From Blastocystis sp. Blastoise (taxonomy: Eukaryota > Protista > Bigyra: Opalinata), in assembly GCA_039096225.1 (NCBI GenBank), contig JBBPEB010000032.1:930001-994000 (forward strand): DNA of 64,000 nucleotides, in the 5' to 3' direction. Positions within the stretch are counted from its first letter, which is position 1; each line of letters begins with the position of its first letter. A program made the position numbers and the translations under genes. A model generated the notes under the pieces. That model made no database searches, had not been told where the DNA came from, and saw only the letters and a program-made list of their open reading frames with translations. This document shows, one piece after another, positions 63,360 to 64,000 of the stretch.

Positions 63360-64000
63360 CTATAACAATTTATTTTTCGATATAAATGAACAGATAGGTT
63401 GTGTGAACGCGCCTGATTCAAAGTTAAGATCATTTCGTTGATCTCTCTTAATCATAAGTATCCAAATAATAACTATATAAGGCATTCCGACATTGAATTC
63501 AATCAATGAATCAAATAATACAGTTCGTAAAGATTGTTGACGAATACCAGATAAATATAAAGAAAACTCAAAGAAACCTTCAGCAGTTGTTCCTATAGCT
63601 AATAATTTTAAAATATCACGTAACGACACTCGTTGATAACATAAATACATATATCCTAAACATCCAAAAAGAATAAAAAAACCTCGTTGAGAACTCATAG
63701 TACGAGATACTGTAATTAAATCGTCAGTATGATAGGATAATTGAAAGAAAGCAGGACAGAATTGAACCATAAAGAAAAAGAAAGTCCAGAATGTACGATT
63801 AATTTTTTCTCTCATTTCCTTGGTTCCAAATGTACCCTCAATCATTAGACATACCCAGGAGGGATGGATAACACCAGGTCCAAGCTGTAACCAAATTTGT
63901 AACAACCACGGGTTAATAGAACTATCAATAATACGTATTTTAAGGATTTCCATCCAGAAAACTGCATCTACCAAGTAATATACGATAAAGCCAATTGCCA
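63360..64000 (-). CDS. Hypothetical multi-pass membrane protein, 3' part (begins beyond window end)
   Basis: Open frame of more than 200 aa with several hydrophobic helices, ending TAG at 63360. Confidence 0.65.
   Translation of the reverse strand, partial: AIGFIVYYLVDAVFWMEILKIRIIDSSINPWLLQIWLQLGPGVIHPSWVCLMIEGTFGTKEMREKINRTFWTFFFFMVQFCPAFFQLSYHTDDLITVSRTMSSQRGFFILFGCLGYMYLCYQRVSLRDILKLLAIGTTAEGFFEFSLYLSGIRQQSLRTVLFDSLIEFNVGMPYIVIIWILMIKRDQRNDLNFESGAFTQPICSFISKNKLL

Overview
AT-rich, intron-rich eukaryotic nuclear DNA. The gene families suggest a Blastocystis-like stramenopile (inference). Most introns are GT(ATAT)...(TA)TAG and are filled with TA/TTA microsatellites. Genes traced by hand across splice junctions: RRP9 (partial), ASCC2-like, two giant lectin/discoidin/putative-Ig surface proteins, an APC4-like protein, GT31 and GT49 glycosyltransferases, two tandem dual-specificity phosphatases with an EF-1beta-like tail, CENP-S, RPS5, RPE, HYOU1/GRP170, RAB2, tRNA-Ser(AGA), VPS8-like, folC/FPGS and a partial membrane protein. 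There are two DNA transposons. One is an intact Tc1 (DD34E) inserted in a coding exon. The other is a 6.8-kb CACTA element (12-bp TIRs, ATT target duplication) with no recognisable transposase, carrying decayed intron-containing host-like gene cargo (Pack-CACTA). The most striking observation is that about 6 of roughly 90 traced introns in otherwise intact genes require non-canonical splice sites (GT-AA, GT-TG, GT-AT, GT-TT, TT-AG). Three of these are in the conserved RPS5 gene. A GC-rich near-palindrome TTCCCRYGGGAA also recurs through the exons.
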